Part shown: piece after piece, positions 9,515 to 17,599 of the stretch
How the letters are laid out: every line of letters starts with the position of its first letter
How positions within the stretch are numbered: position 1 is the stretch's first letter
Origin: an uncultured Clostridia bacterium
GTDB lineage: Bacteria > Bacillota > Clostridia > TANB77 > CAG-508
DNA: 32,000 nt
Reading direction: 5' to 3'
Assembly: GCA_934182605.1 (NCBI GenBank)
Contig: CAKPRQ010000010.1
Coordinates: 19,111-51,110, forward strand
Notes under the pieces: model-generated
The model's input: only the letters and a program-made list of their open reading frames with translations
What the model was told of the DNA's origin: nothing
The model's database searches: none
Made by a program: the position numbers and the translations under genes

Positions 9515-9575
9515 TTTATTTTAATTTTTTTATTATTTATTTTTTATTATTTTTATCAATTATTTTTTATTAATT
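9515..9575. repeat. Short block of the ATTWTTT heptamer family
   Basis: ...TTTTTTTATTATTTATTTTTTATTATTTTTATCAATTATTTTTTATTA... uses the same ATTATTT/ATTTTTT units as the large array at 10.66-10.98 kb. Confidence 0.5.
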
Positions 9576-10660
9576 CTTTTTAATTTATTATTAATTTTAA
9601 TGTTATTATTCTTCTTAAGAATCAATTTTTGTATATTTTTAAAAAGTTTTGATTAACTATTTAGTTAATCGGCAAAAAACAAATAATGCAAAATATAAAT
9701 ATTTTATGTAAAATTATTTTCAACTAATTTAATGCTTATTTTTAATTTTATACTCAAAAATAATTTTACGTTTTTTCAAAACTTTATAACCTAGATTTAG
9801 CACTTATTTTTTCTAATTTCTAAATTTTATGTTATCTTTAAACAGTTTGTTAATTGTTTTTCATATTTCTATGTTTCCTAAACGAAGATATTGCATCTAA
9901 CTTTAGATTTAGTAATACTTCGTTTTTGATTATTTATGTTATGTAAAATGTTTTTTGAAATTATTTTTTTCTAACCTTTTGGCACAAAAACTAAATGATT
10001 TTAAATATTTTTTAAATCCATTTCAACATTTTTTTGTCTTTTAAGTACGATTTTTCTTTTTTATATTACCTAAAAAATCTTTTATTGTATTTTCTAAAAA
10101 AATTTAACTAATGTATAAATATTTTAAAAAAAATCAGTCTTTTTTGTTATTTTGACTAAATATTAATTAGATCTTTTTCTAAATAATGACTTTCACTTTT
10201 TTTAAAGAAATATTTTCTTTCTGAAAAACTATTTTTTATCTATCTGCTATTAATATTAATTTATAATTTCCATAGTTTTTATATAATTATTTATATGTTC
10301 AAATTTCAATTTCAAGTATTATGTAAAACGTTGTTTTTTTATAATGCTTTCTTACTATTTTCTTTGATGCGATAGCTTTTTTAGTAATATTTATATTATA
10401 CTAGCTACAATTTTTATTTTTCATATTAGTTTATGTATACTTTGTTCAGAATACTTTCTTAAGCTATTTCTTCTTATTATACTTATTTTCAATATCCTGT
10501 GATTGTCATCAGGGCAATTTGCCAAATCCATTTTTATTTACAAAGCAAATTATAAAAAGATATTTTTTAATCTTAAATTTTAATTTCCCAAAAGCAAATA
10601 AAAATTTTCATTGAATTGAATTTAATTTAATTTTATACTAATAATTTCTTTCTTATTCCT

Positions 10661-10975
10661 CTATTTATTTTTCTATTTATTATTTATTTCTATTATTTAT
10701 TATTTTATTTTTTTATTATTTATTATTTATTTTTTATTATTTATTATTTATTATTTATTTTTTATTATTTATTTTTTATTATTTATTTTTTATTATTTAT
10801 TATTTTATTTTTTATTATTTATTTTTTATTATTTATTATTTTATTATTTATTATTTTATTTTTTATTTTTTATTTTTTATTATTTATTATTTATTTTTTA
10901 TTATTTATTTTTTATTATTTATTCTTTTTTATTTATTCTTTTTTATTTATTTTTTTATCTATTTATTATTTATTT
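10661..10975. repeat. Degenerate heptanucleotide tandem array, roughly 45 units of ATTATTT/ATTTTTT
   Basis: Parsing between T-runs gives blocks of 7, 14, 21 and 28 nt, e.g. ATTATTTATTTTTT x several and ATTATTTATTATTTATTATTTATTTTTT. The plus strand has no G from 10619 to 10995. Confidence 0.85.
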
Positions 10976-11068
10976 CTTCATATTATTTATATATTGATAA
11001 TAATTATCATTTATGTTATTATTTTGTATATTATTTGAAAGGAGTTTAATTATGTTAGAAAATATTAA

Positions 11069-11455
11069 AATATTATTACGGTTGTACCAAATGAAAAATA
11101 CACTGTTAGTGGAATAAATTTTAAAACTATCACTGCATATAATACTAATAAACAATTTCATCCTAAGGAAAATAATTGGGTTGGTTATTTAATTAAACTT
11201 AATAATATTACTTATTATATTGCTGGAGATACGGATATAACAAAAGAAAACAAGAAAATAAAATACGATATTGCGTTTGTTCCTGTTGGAGGAACTTATA
11301 CAATGGATTATAAAGAAGCTGCTGATTTAATTAATATAATTAAAACACAAATCGCTATCCCAACTCATTATGGAAGTATTGTAGGGAATATAAATGATGG
11401 ACTTAATTTTTCAAAATTATTAAATAATGATATAAAATACAAAATTTTAACATAA
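11069..11455 (+). pseudogene. 5'-truncated MBL-fold metal-dependent hydrolase (UPF0173/YtkL-like), C-terminal 128 codons only
   Basis: My own translation: NIITVVPNEKYTVSGINFKTITAYNTNKQFHPKENNWVGYLIKLNNITYYIAGDTDITKENKKIKYDIAFVPVGGTYTMDYKEAADLINIIKTQIAIPTHYGSIVGN...KILT*. The N-terminal roughly 95 aa, including the HxHxDH motif, are absent. An AGGAG plus ATG 11052 opens a different frame that stops at 11115-11117. Confidence 0.7.
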
Positions 11456-11458
11456 AAT

Positions 11459-11535
<77 letters not shown>

Positions 11536-11638
11536 ATTTCATTATTATTATACCATAATTTTTCTATTTTTCAATATTTTTTAAGAAAAAATTAGATTAT
11601 AAAATACAGATATCTTTATAATCTAATTTTTCTCTTAC

Positions 11639-11827
11639 TTATGCATTTAATTTTGATATTAATTCTTCAACGTCAATTCCATGTACTTCACAAGCTTCTT
11701 CTAATGTTTCCATTTGTGAAGCAGGACAACCAATGCAGTGCATACCTGATTCTAATAATATATCAACTTTATCAGGATATTTTTCTAACAATTCTCCAAT
11801 TGTAATTGTTTTCTCTATCATACCCAA
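11639..11827 (-). CDS. DUF1858 / hybrid-cluster-protein-associated redox disulfide family small protein
   Basis: TIGELLEKYPDKVDILLESGMHCIGCPASQMETLEEACEVHGIDVEELISKLN matches the conserved MHC.GCP core of this family. Confidence 0.8.
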   Translation of the reverse strand: MGMIEKTITIGELLEKYPDKVDILLESGMHCIGCPASQMETLEEACEVHGIDVEELISKLNA

Positions 11828-11943
11828 AATCCTTTCTTATAAATTTAATTTCTATTGATACGTTGTTTCGACAAAAATCGTCAGAACCCGCCGTTACCAA
11901 TAAAAATCACATTAAAATTTTATCACAAATTTTGAGAAAAGTA

Positions 11944-11972
11944 TAGACAAATTTAAAAAAATATTGTATTAT
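11944..11972 (+). promoter_or_regulatory. Candidate sigma-A promoter for the coupling-protein operon
   Basis: TAGACA (11944-11949), a 17-nt spacer, then TATTAT (11967-11972), about 210 nt upstream of ATG 12181. Confidence 0.4.
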
Positions 11973-12180
11973 TTATACATGCTTAATTTAAAAAAAGGAG
12001 TGAGGCATATAGGAAATATATTAATACACATATTTTTTATAACTTTCATTTTTAATATTTTTTTAACTCTTTATTATTTTTATTCTTTACTTGAAACGAG
12101 ATTATTTTTACATAATCAAGGTGCAATATTGAAAATTAAGAAAAAATATTTTCTATAATTTATGAGCAGGAGGAAACTAC

Positions 12181-13803
12181 ATGAAAATAATATTTCGTTT
12201 AAGTTTTATTCTTTGCTTTCTTTGTATAACTATTTTGCTATTAATAATTTTCATGAAACCAATTTTCATATCCAATAATATTATGTTTCCATATAGTTTT
12301 GAGGAATTTAACATAGTGGAAAAGTACCCCATATTATGGTTTAATATAAAATTACTTTACATATTTTTTTATATAATGTCTAACATTATAATTTCAAATT
12401 CTATTTTTAACTTGATTTTTAAAAATTATAAAAACCCCCAAACTTCAACTAAAAAGAATGATGATAAAAAATTCAAATTATTTATAGGAAAAGATTCTGA
12501 CGATAATAAGATATTTATAGAAGAAAATGGTTTATATCAAAATTTTTTAATTTCTGGTACAACAGGAAGTGGCAAGACTAGTTCTGCAATTTATCCCTTT
12601 ACAAAACAATTAATAGAATATCAAAACCCTAAGCTTGGTATGCTAATACTTGATGTTAAAGGCAATTTTCATAAACAAGTTAAACAATTTTGCAATATAT
12701 TTGATAAAGAAAACGATTTAATTACAATAGAAATTAATGGTAAATTTAAGTACAACCCTTTGCACAAGCCTAATATTTCACCTTTAATTTTAGCAAATCG
12801 TATCAAAAGTATTTTATTACTTTTTTCCGAAAATAATTCGGATTCATATTGGCTTGATAAGGTTGAACAAGTTTTATGCGAGGCAATTAAGCTTTGTAGG
12901 ATTTATAATGATAACTATGTTAATTTTCTAGAATTACATAAACTTATAACTGATAATGAATATTATATTTTAAAAACATCTGTTATTAAAAATTTATTCC
13001 AAGAAAAAAAGTTATCAGAGAAAGAAATGTATGATACTCTAACTGCAATTAATTTTTTTGAAACTGAATTTTATAAATTAGATTCAAGAGTTCTTTCAAT
13101 TATAAAATCAGAAATTACTAGAATCACTAATTTATTTATTAATGATTTAGATATTTTAAACACATTTTGTTCTAAAAGTAAGGAAGACTTGAATTTTACA
13201 GGTTTTAAAGAAGTTATTAAAAATCATAAAATTGTAGTTCTAAATATGAACATTGCTAAACATAAAAATCTTTCAAAAATTATTGCTGCCTATTTAAAAC
13301 TTGATTTTCAAGATGAAGTTTTACAATGTATTGAAAACAACACTATTCAGCCTACGGCTTTTATTTGTGATGAATACCACGAATATTCAACTACTAATGA
13401 TGCTAATTTCTTTGCATTAAGTCGTGAAGCGAAATGTATTAATATTATTGCAACACAAAGCTATACTTCTATTTTAAACACTTTAAAAAATGAATACACA
13501 ACAAAAGTGATTATTCAAAATTTAATTAATAAAATTTGGTTTAGAACAGATGATATGTTTACTATAGAAGAAGCTCAAAAACAATTGGGTAAAGAAGATA
13601 AAGTAAAAATATCAAAAAATATTTCAGAAAATTCTAATGATATTAATTATAGTATTTTAATTGATTCATTAAAATCTGATAATCATAGTTTTACAGAAAG
13701 CATAAGCACTTATATACAGACTGATTATATATATGATACAAATTATTTTACAAAAAATCTAAAAACCTTTGAAGCTATTGCTTTCTTGTCTAACCGGTTA
13801 TGA
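12181..13803 (+). CDS. Type IV coupling protein, TrwB/TraD/VirD4 class
   Basis: AGGAGG lies 7 nt upstream of the ATG. Two N-terminal TM segments. Walker A ISGTTGSGKTSS is followed by LGMLILDVKGNF, Walker B is AFICDEYHEY, and then comes INIIATQSYTSI. The 3' end may continue to 13849 if one base at 13795 is spurious. Confidence 0.8.
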   Translation: MKIIFRLSFILCFLCITILLLIIFMKPIFISNNIMFPYSFEEFNIVEKYPILWFNIKLLYIFFYIMSNIIISNSIFNLIFKNYKNPQTSTKKNDDKKFKLFIGKDSDDNKIFIEENGLYQNFLISGTTGSGKTSSAIYPFTKQLIEYQNPKLGMLILDVKGNFHKQVKQFCNIFDKENDLITIEINGKFKYNPLHKPNISPLILANRIKSILLLFSENNSDSYWLDKVEQVLCEAIKLCRIYNDNYVNFLELHKLITDNEYYILKTSVIKNLFQEKKLSEKEMYDTLTAINFFETEFYKLDSRVLSIIKSEITRITNLFINDLDILNTFCSKSKEDLNFTGFKEVIKNHKIVVLNMNIAKHKNLSKIIAAYLKLDFQDEVLQCIENNTIQPTAFICDEYHEYSTTNDANFFALSREAKCINIIATQSYTSILNTLKNEYTTKVIIQNLINKIWFRTDDMFTIEEAQKQLGKEDKVKISKNISENSNDINYSILIDSLKSDNHSFTESISTYIQTDYIYDTNYFTKNLKTFEAIAFLSNRL

Positions 13804-13875
13804 AATTATATATTCTTCTAAAATTAACCTTATTCCCTTTTTTAAATAAGTATTATTTAATAGGAGGACAAATAA

Positions 13876-14202
13876 ATGCATAAAAAATACAAACTAATAT
13901 TCTTTTTATTAATAATTTTAACAATTATACTTATGTCTTCAGATTCATATGCTGCAGATCCTAAGATTGTTACTACTTTAAGAAAAGGATTTGAATCTAT
14001 TGAAGAATGGATTATAAAAATTTCAACACCTGCAGCTGCTGTTGCTGTTGGTACGGGTGTGTTTATGAAGAAATTCAGTTTTGGAGACGAAGAAAAAATT
14101 AGAACAGGAAAAAGATTAATCAGAGGTAGTTTATTTTCTTATGGATTTATTCTAGCAATAGATTTAATATTATCGGCTATTAAATCTATTATTAATCCGT
14201 GA
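13876..14202 (+). CDS. Secreted two-TM small protein, VirB2/TrbC (Maff2-like) pilin-type topology
   Basis: GGAGG RBS. Signal peptide MHKKYKLIFFLLIILTIILMSSDSYA|ADP. The mature protein of about 80 aa has two hydrophobic helices (ISTPAAAVAVGTGVFM and GSLFSYGFILAIDLILSAI) separated by a charged loop. Confidence 0.6.
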   Translation: MHKKYKLIFFLLIILTIILMSSDSYAADPKIVTTLRKGFESIEEWIIKISTPAAAVAVGTGVFMKKFSFGDEEKIRTGKRLIRGSLFSYGFILAIDLILSAIKSIINP

Positions 14203-14238
14203 TCCATCCTAAAAACTATCTAAAAAGGAGCTAATATA

Positions 14239-15114
14239 TTGGAAACTAACAACATTATAGAAATAATATCAACAACTATAAATACTATTTTTTCTAACTT
14301 ATTTTCCTCAATAGATAACGAATTATATGGTATTCTTGACGACATAATATTTATTAGTAAAGATATTATAACAGATTCACACTTTGAAAATATTATTGGT
14401 ACTAGTACATCGCAAGGCATTCTACTTATTTGTAACACCTTAATAATAGCCTTTATATTATATTACAGTATTTCTTTATTAATATCTCATATGACTTTTT
14501 CAGAAAACATTCGCCCTACAGCATTTATATTTAGAACGGTTATATTTTCTATTTTATTAAATTTCTCCCCATTCATTTGTGAAATATTAATAGAATTAGT
14601 ATCTAATATTTCTCTAGGAATAAGAAATATCGGTGAAGTCTTATTTAATAAAGAAGTTTGTTTTTCAACTCTAATACAAGAAATAAATAACGTTATTAGT
14701 ATAAATAATACAGATTTCAATTTGTTCTCTTTAAATGGATTACTAAAAAGTTTTATATCTATTGGTTTATTAAATTTAATTTTTACTTATTCTCTAAGAT
14801 ATATTATGATTAAAATTTTCACTTTATTAGCTCCATTTGCTTTTTTGACGTTATTTATTCGTAATACAAATTGGTTTTTTTCAGCTTGGCTAAAGGCATA
14901 TTTATCTTTATTGTTTATGCAAATTCTTGTAAGTTTAATATTAGTAATTACTTTTTCACTTGATTTTTCATCTAACGATTTATTAAGTAAGTTATTAATA
15001 ATTGGTGCTATATATGCTATAATTAAAACTAATTCATTTATTAAAGAACTTATGGGTGGAATTAGTACCGAAGTGTCTTTAAACATAAATAAATTAAGAG
15101 GTGGTTCGCTATGA
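14239..15114 (+). CDS. VirB6/TrbL-like polytopic membrane protein
   Basis: AAGGAG lies 8 nt upstream of TTG 14239. The 291-aa protein has about six hydrophobic segments. It sits between a pilin-like and a VirB3-like gene, and its stop overlaps the next start (ATGA). Confidence 0.6.
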   Translation: METNNIIEIISTTINTIFSNLFSSIDNELYGILDDIIFISKDIITDSHFENIIGTSTSQGILLICNTLIIAFILYYSISLLISHMTFSENIRPTAFIFRTVIFSILLNFSPFICEILIELVSNISLGIRNIGEVLFNKEVCFSTLIQEINNVISINNTDFNLFSLNGLLKSFISIGLLNLIFTYSLRYIMIKIFTLLAPFAFLTLFIRNTNWFFSAWLKAYLSLLFMQILVSLILVITFSLDFSSNDLLSKLLIIGAIYAIIKTNSFIKELMGGISTEVSLNINKLRGGSL

Positions 15115-15398
15115 AATTTATATTTCCACAAAATTATAATTTTCAAACTAAATTACTTGGTTTTATAGATTACTCTACAGCAATTTTTAATATTATTTAT
15201 TGGACAATTTTATACTTTATTTTAAATACTTTTATTACTGATTTTACTTTAAAAATATCCATTTTTATTATATTTGCATTACCTATATTTATATTAAGTA
15301 TTACTGGTATTTATAAAGAAAATTTTTTAAATATTTTATATTACGTTATTAAGTATTTTTTTAATTGCAATGTTTATGTTTTTTCAAAAAATGACTAA
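15111..15398 (+). CDS. VirB3 / PrgI / TcpE-like small membrane protein
   Basis: 95 aa with two TM segments. The N-terminus KLLGFIDYSTAIFNIIYWTILYF resembles the PrgI/TcpE pattern (K..fG.t..q). The ATGA overlap couples it translationally to the VirB6-like gene. Confidence 0.55.
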   Translation: MKFIFPQNYNFQTKLLGFIDYSTAIFNIIYWTILYFILNTFITDFTLKISIFIIFALPIFILSITGIYKENFLNILYYVIKYFFNCNVYVFSKND

Positions 15399-15472
15399 AA
15401 TTAACTCTTTCTTTATTTTCCTTTATATATTTTTAGTATTCATACTTTTTAAAAATATTTTACCTTTTTTAG

Positions 15473-15501
15473 TTGTAAAAACTCAAGTTTAATGTTATAA
15501 T
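15473..15501 (+). promoter_or_regulatory. Sigma-A promoter with extended -10 for the DnaD-domain gene
   Basis: TTGTAA (15473-15478), a 17-nt spacer ending in TGT, then TATAAT (15496-15501), i.e. TGnTATAAT. Confidence 0.6.
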
Positions 15502-15590
15502 TCTTTATACCATTTTAAGGATAAATATTTAATTATTACGTGAATATGTAACAGATATATTTATAACTTTATGAAGGGAATGATTTTTAA

Positions 15591-16562
15591 ATGAAACTAG
15601 AACAGAACCAAAAAAATTTATTATTTGAGAAAACAGAAATACCAGATATATTTTTTAATGAATATTTATCTATGGCAAATGGAGATTTTGTAAAGGTATA
15701 TCTTTATATGCTATTTTTATCAAAATACAATAAGGATGTTAAAATTGCGGACCTTTCTAAATCTCTTAACTTACAATTTTCGGTTATACAAGAAGCTATT
15801 AAATTTTGGGAGGACAACGGTCTAATTATTAGGAAAACTAATGGTTATATAATGAAAGACTTGCAAGAAATGGCCTTAAATAAATTATATAAAGCTAAAG
15901 TTACTCTTTCAGATGAAACTATAGAAAAAAACCAAAAAACTAAAAAACAAACTAAAGCTATTGAAGCTATATGTAATTCTTGTTTTCAAGGCGTTATGTC
16001 TCCAACTTGGTATAATGATATTTTATTATGGTTTGCTAAATACGAGTTCGATGAACAAGTTATGATGGCTCTTTTCCAATATTGTTATGGGAAATCTGCA
16101 CTACATAAAAATTATATACAAACTGTTGCTGAAGCTTGGCATAAAAATAATATAAAAACATATTCAGATTTAGAAAATTATACTATGAAGCAAGAAAATA
16201 TGAAAAAATCAAAATCTATTATTGCAAAAAAATTAGGATTAACCAGAGCCTTAACTACTTTTGAAGAAGAATATATTGATAAATGGATAATAGATTTTAA
16301 TTATGATTTAGAAATTATTGAAATGGCTTTAAAGAAATCAACTTCAAAATTAAATATTAGTTTTGATTATATAGATAAAATTATTTCTAACTGGCATGAA
16401 CATAATTTAAAAACTAAAGAAGATATAAATAAATATTTGACTGAATTTAAACAAAAACAAAAAAATATTAAAGAATTAGAAAAAAAATCAAAAGTTTCAA
16501 ATACTAATTATCAACAAAGAAATTATGATAATTTAGAAAATTTATATGCTAATATAAATTAA
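15591..16562 (+). CDS. DnaD-domain replication initiation / helicase-loading protein (B. subtilis DnaB/DnaD-like)
   Basis: 323 aa. The N-terminal winged-helix-like part is NGDFVKVYLYMLFLS...LSKSLNLQFSVIQEAIKFWEDNGLI. Two DnaD-like C-terminal repeats: W..ILLWFAKYEFDEQVMMALFQYC and YIDKWIIDFNYDLEIIEMALKKS...YIDKIISNWHEHNLKT. Confidence 0.8.
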   Translation: MKLEQNQKNLLFEKTEIPDIFFNEYLSMANGDFVKVYLYMLFLSKYNKDVKIADLSKSLNLQFSVIQEAIKFWEDNGLIIRKTNGYIMKDLQEMALNKLYKAKVTLSDETIEKNQKTKKQTKAIEAICNSCFQGVMSPTWYNDILLWFAKYEFDEQVMMALFQYCYGKSALHKNYIQTVAEAWHKNNIKTYSDLENYTMKQENMKKSKSIIAKKLGLTRALTTFEEEYIDKWIIDFNYDLEIIEMALKKSTSKLNISFDYIDKIISNWHEHNLKTKEDINKYLTEFKQKQKNIKELEKKSKVSNTNYQQRNYDNLENLYANIN

Positions 16563-16587
16563 GATTTTTTAGATAGGAGGAATTATT

Positions 16588-17577
16588 ATTAATTATAATT
16601 TAAGACAAATATTAAGAAAATATGAAACTAAAAGAGATACTGCATTAAAAGAATTAGAAAAAAGAAAAAAAGAATTATACTTAAAAATTCCTCGCTTACA
16701 AGAATTAGAGGATGAATTAAACACTTTTTCTATTAAAACGGTTAAAACAATATTAATGGCTGAACCAAATAAAAAGGATGAACTTATATGTAATTTAAAT
16801 AATGAAATAAATAAACTAAAATTAGAAAAACAAAACATATTAAAATCAATTAATTTAGATGAAAATTATTTAAGACCTAAATATGAATGTCCTTTATGCA
16901 ATGACACAGGTTATATAGTTACTGATTCTTCTAATACTATGTGTAACTGCTTAAAACAAGAACTTTTGAATTTAGAATATAACTCATCTAATTTAAATAA
17001 ATTAGACAAAGAAAATTTTTCAACTTTTAATTTAAATAAATATTCTAACGAAGTTGATTTCACTAAATATAATGTAAATATTTCTCCACAAGAAAATATG
17101 AGAAATATTTTAAAGATTATAAAAAATTTTATTTTTAATTTTGATAGTCCTGATGAAAAAAACCTTTTATTTACTGGAAATACTGGACTTGGCAAAACTT
17201 TTTTATCTAATTGTATTGCAAATGAAATATTAAATATGAATAAAACTGTTTTATACCAGACAGCTCCAATTATGTTGGATACTATTATTGATTATAGATT
17301 TAATAGAATTGATGGAGATATTTATAAAAACATTCTAAGTGTAGATTTATTAATAATTGATGATTTAGGAACAGAAAGCATAAATAGTATGAAATTTACA
17401 GAATTATTTAATATTATAAATTCTAGGATTTTATCTAATAATACTAAAACACTTATTTCCACTAATTTAAGTGTAAATGAATTGTTAAAAAATTATGATG
17501 AAAGAATTTTTTCAAGATTTGCAGGAAATTATAATATTTGCAAATTTTTTGGTGATGATATAAGATTAAAAAAATAA
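16588..17577 (+). CDS. DnaC/DnaI-like helicase loader (IstB-like AAA+), probable ATT start
   Basis: Walker A LLFTGNTGLGKTFL, Walker B LLIIDDLG, and zinc-ribbon CPLCNDTGYI...CNC. The frame is open from 16573 and encodes a family-typical N-terminus (NYNLRQILRKYETKRDTALKELEKRKKELYLKIPRLQELEDEL) upstream of the first ATG (16756). TAGGAGG lies at 16574-16580. ATT codons at 16585/16588 and ATA 16573 are the only start candidates. Confidence 0.8.
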   Translation: MNYNLRQILRKYETKRDTALKELEKRKKELYLKIPRLQELEDELNTFSIKTVKTILMAEPNKKDELICNLNNEINKLKLEKQNILKSINLDENYLRPKYECPLCNDTGYIVTDSSNTMCNCLKQELLNLEYNSSNLNKLDKENFSTFNLNKYSNEVDFTKYNVNISPQENMRNILKIIKNFIFNFDSPDEKNLLFTGNTGLGKTFLSNCIANEILNMNKTVLYQTAPIMLDTIIDYRFNRIDGDIYKNILSVDLLIIDDLGTESINSMKFTELFNIINSRILSNNTKTLISTNLSVNELLKNYDERIFSRFAGNYNICKFFGDDIRLKK

Positions 17578-17578
17578 G

Positions 17579-17598
17579 ATGGAGATATTATTCTCCAT
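17579..17598. terminator. Bidirectional terminator between the convergent helicase-loader gene and deoC
   Basis: ATGGAGA-TATTAT-TCTCCAT, a perfect 7-bp stem with A-rich sequence on the left and T-rich sequence on the right. Confidence 0.65.
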
Positions 17599-17599
17599 T

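Noticed and set aside
9398-11051. CRISPR array, SRP/4.5S RNA (often found downstream of tadA in Firmicutes) or a large structured ncRNA in the ORF-free region
   Set aside because: There is no repeat-spacer architecture with constant repeats of about 30 nt. The conserved SRP domain IV sequence is absent. The G+C content is far too low for a stable structured RNA. I cannot run covariance models, so this is a visual rejection only.
10970-11161. Minus-strand 63-aa ORF overlapping the end of the heptamer array
   Set aside because: It has no SD and runs into the AT-only repeat. The opposite strand carries the recognisable MBL-hydrolase remnant from 11069.
11850-11900. Locally GC-rich patch (GTTTCGACAAAAATCGTCAGAACCCGCCGTTACC) upstream of the DUF1858 gene, considered as a riboswitch or leader
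   Set aside because: I could only find 3-4-bp pairings with mismatches and no recognisable riboswitch core. It may just contain promoter or operator elements.
11964-12158. 64-aa hydrophobic ORF upstream of the coupling-protein gene
   Set aside because: A small membrane protein would fit a T4SS operon. However, the tracked TTG/ATG starts sit at or upstream of the predicted -10 element. After the internal AAGGAG (11995-12000) there is only a GTG overlapping it, or ATA. That is not enough support to call it.
14220-15146. Minus-strand ORFs 14220-14438, 14487-14720 and 14787-15146
   Set aside because: They lie antisense to the VirB6-like gene, which has an SD and is translationally coupled to its neighbour. 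The antisense ORFs have no SD or recognisable features.
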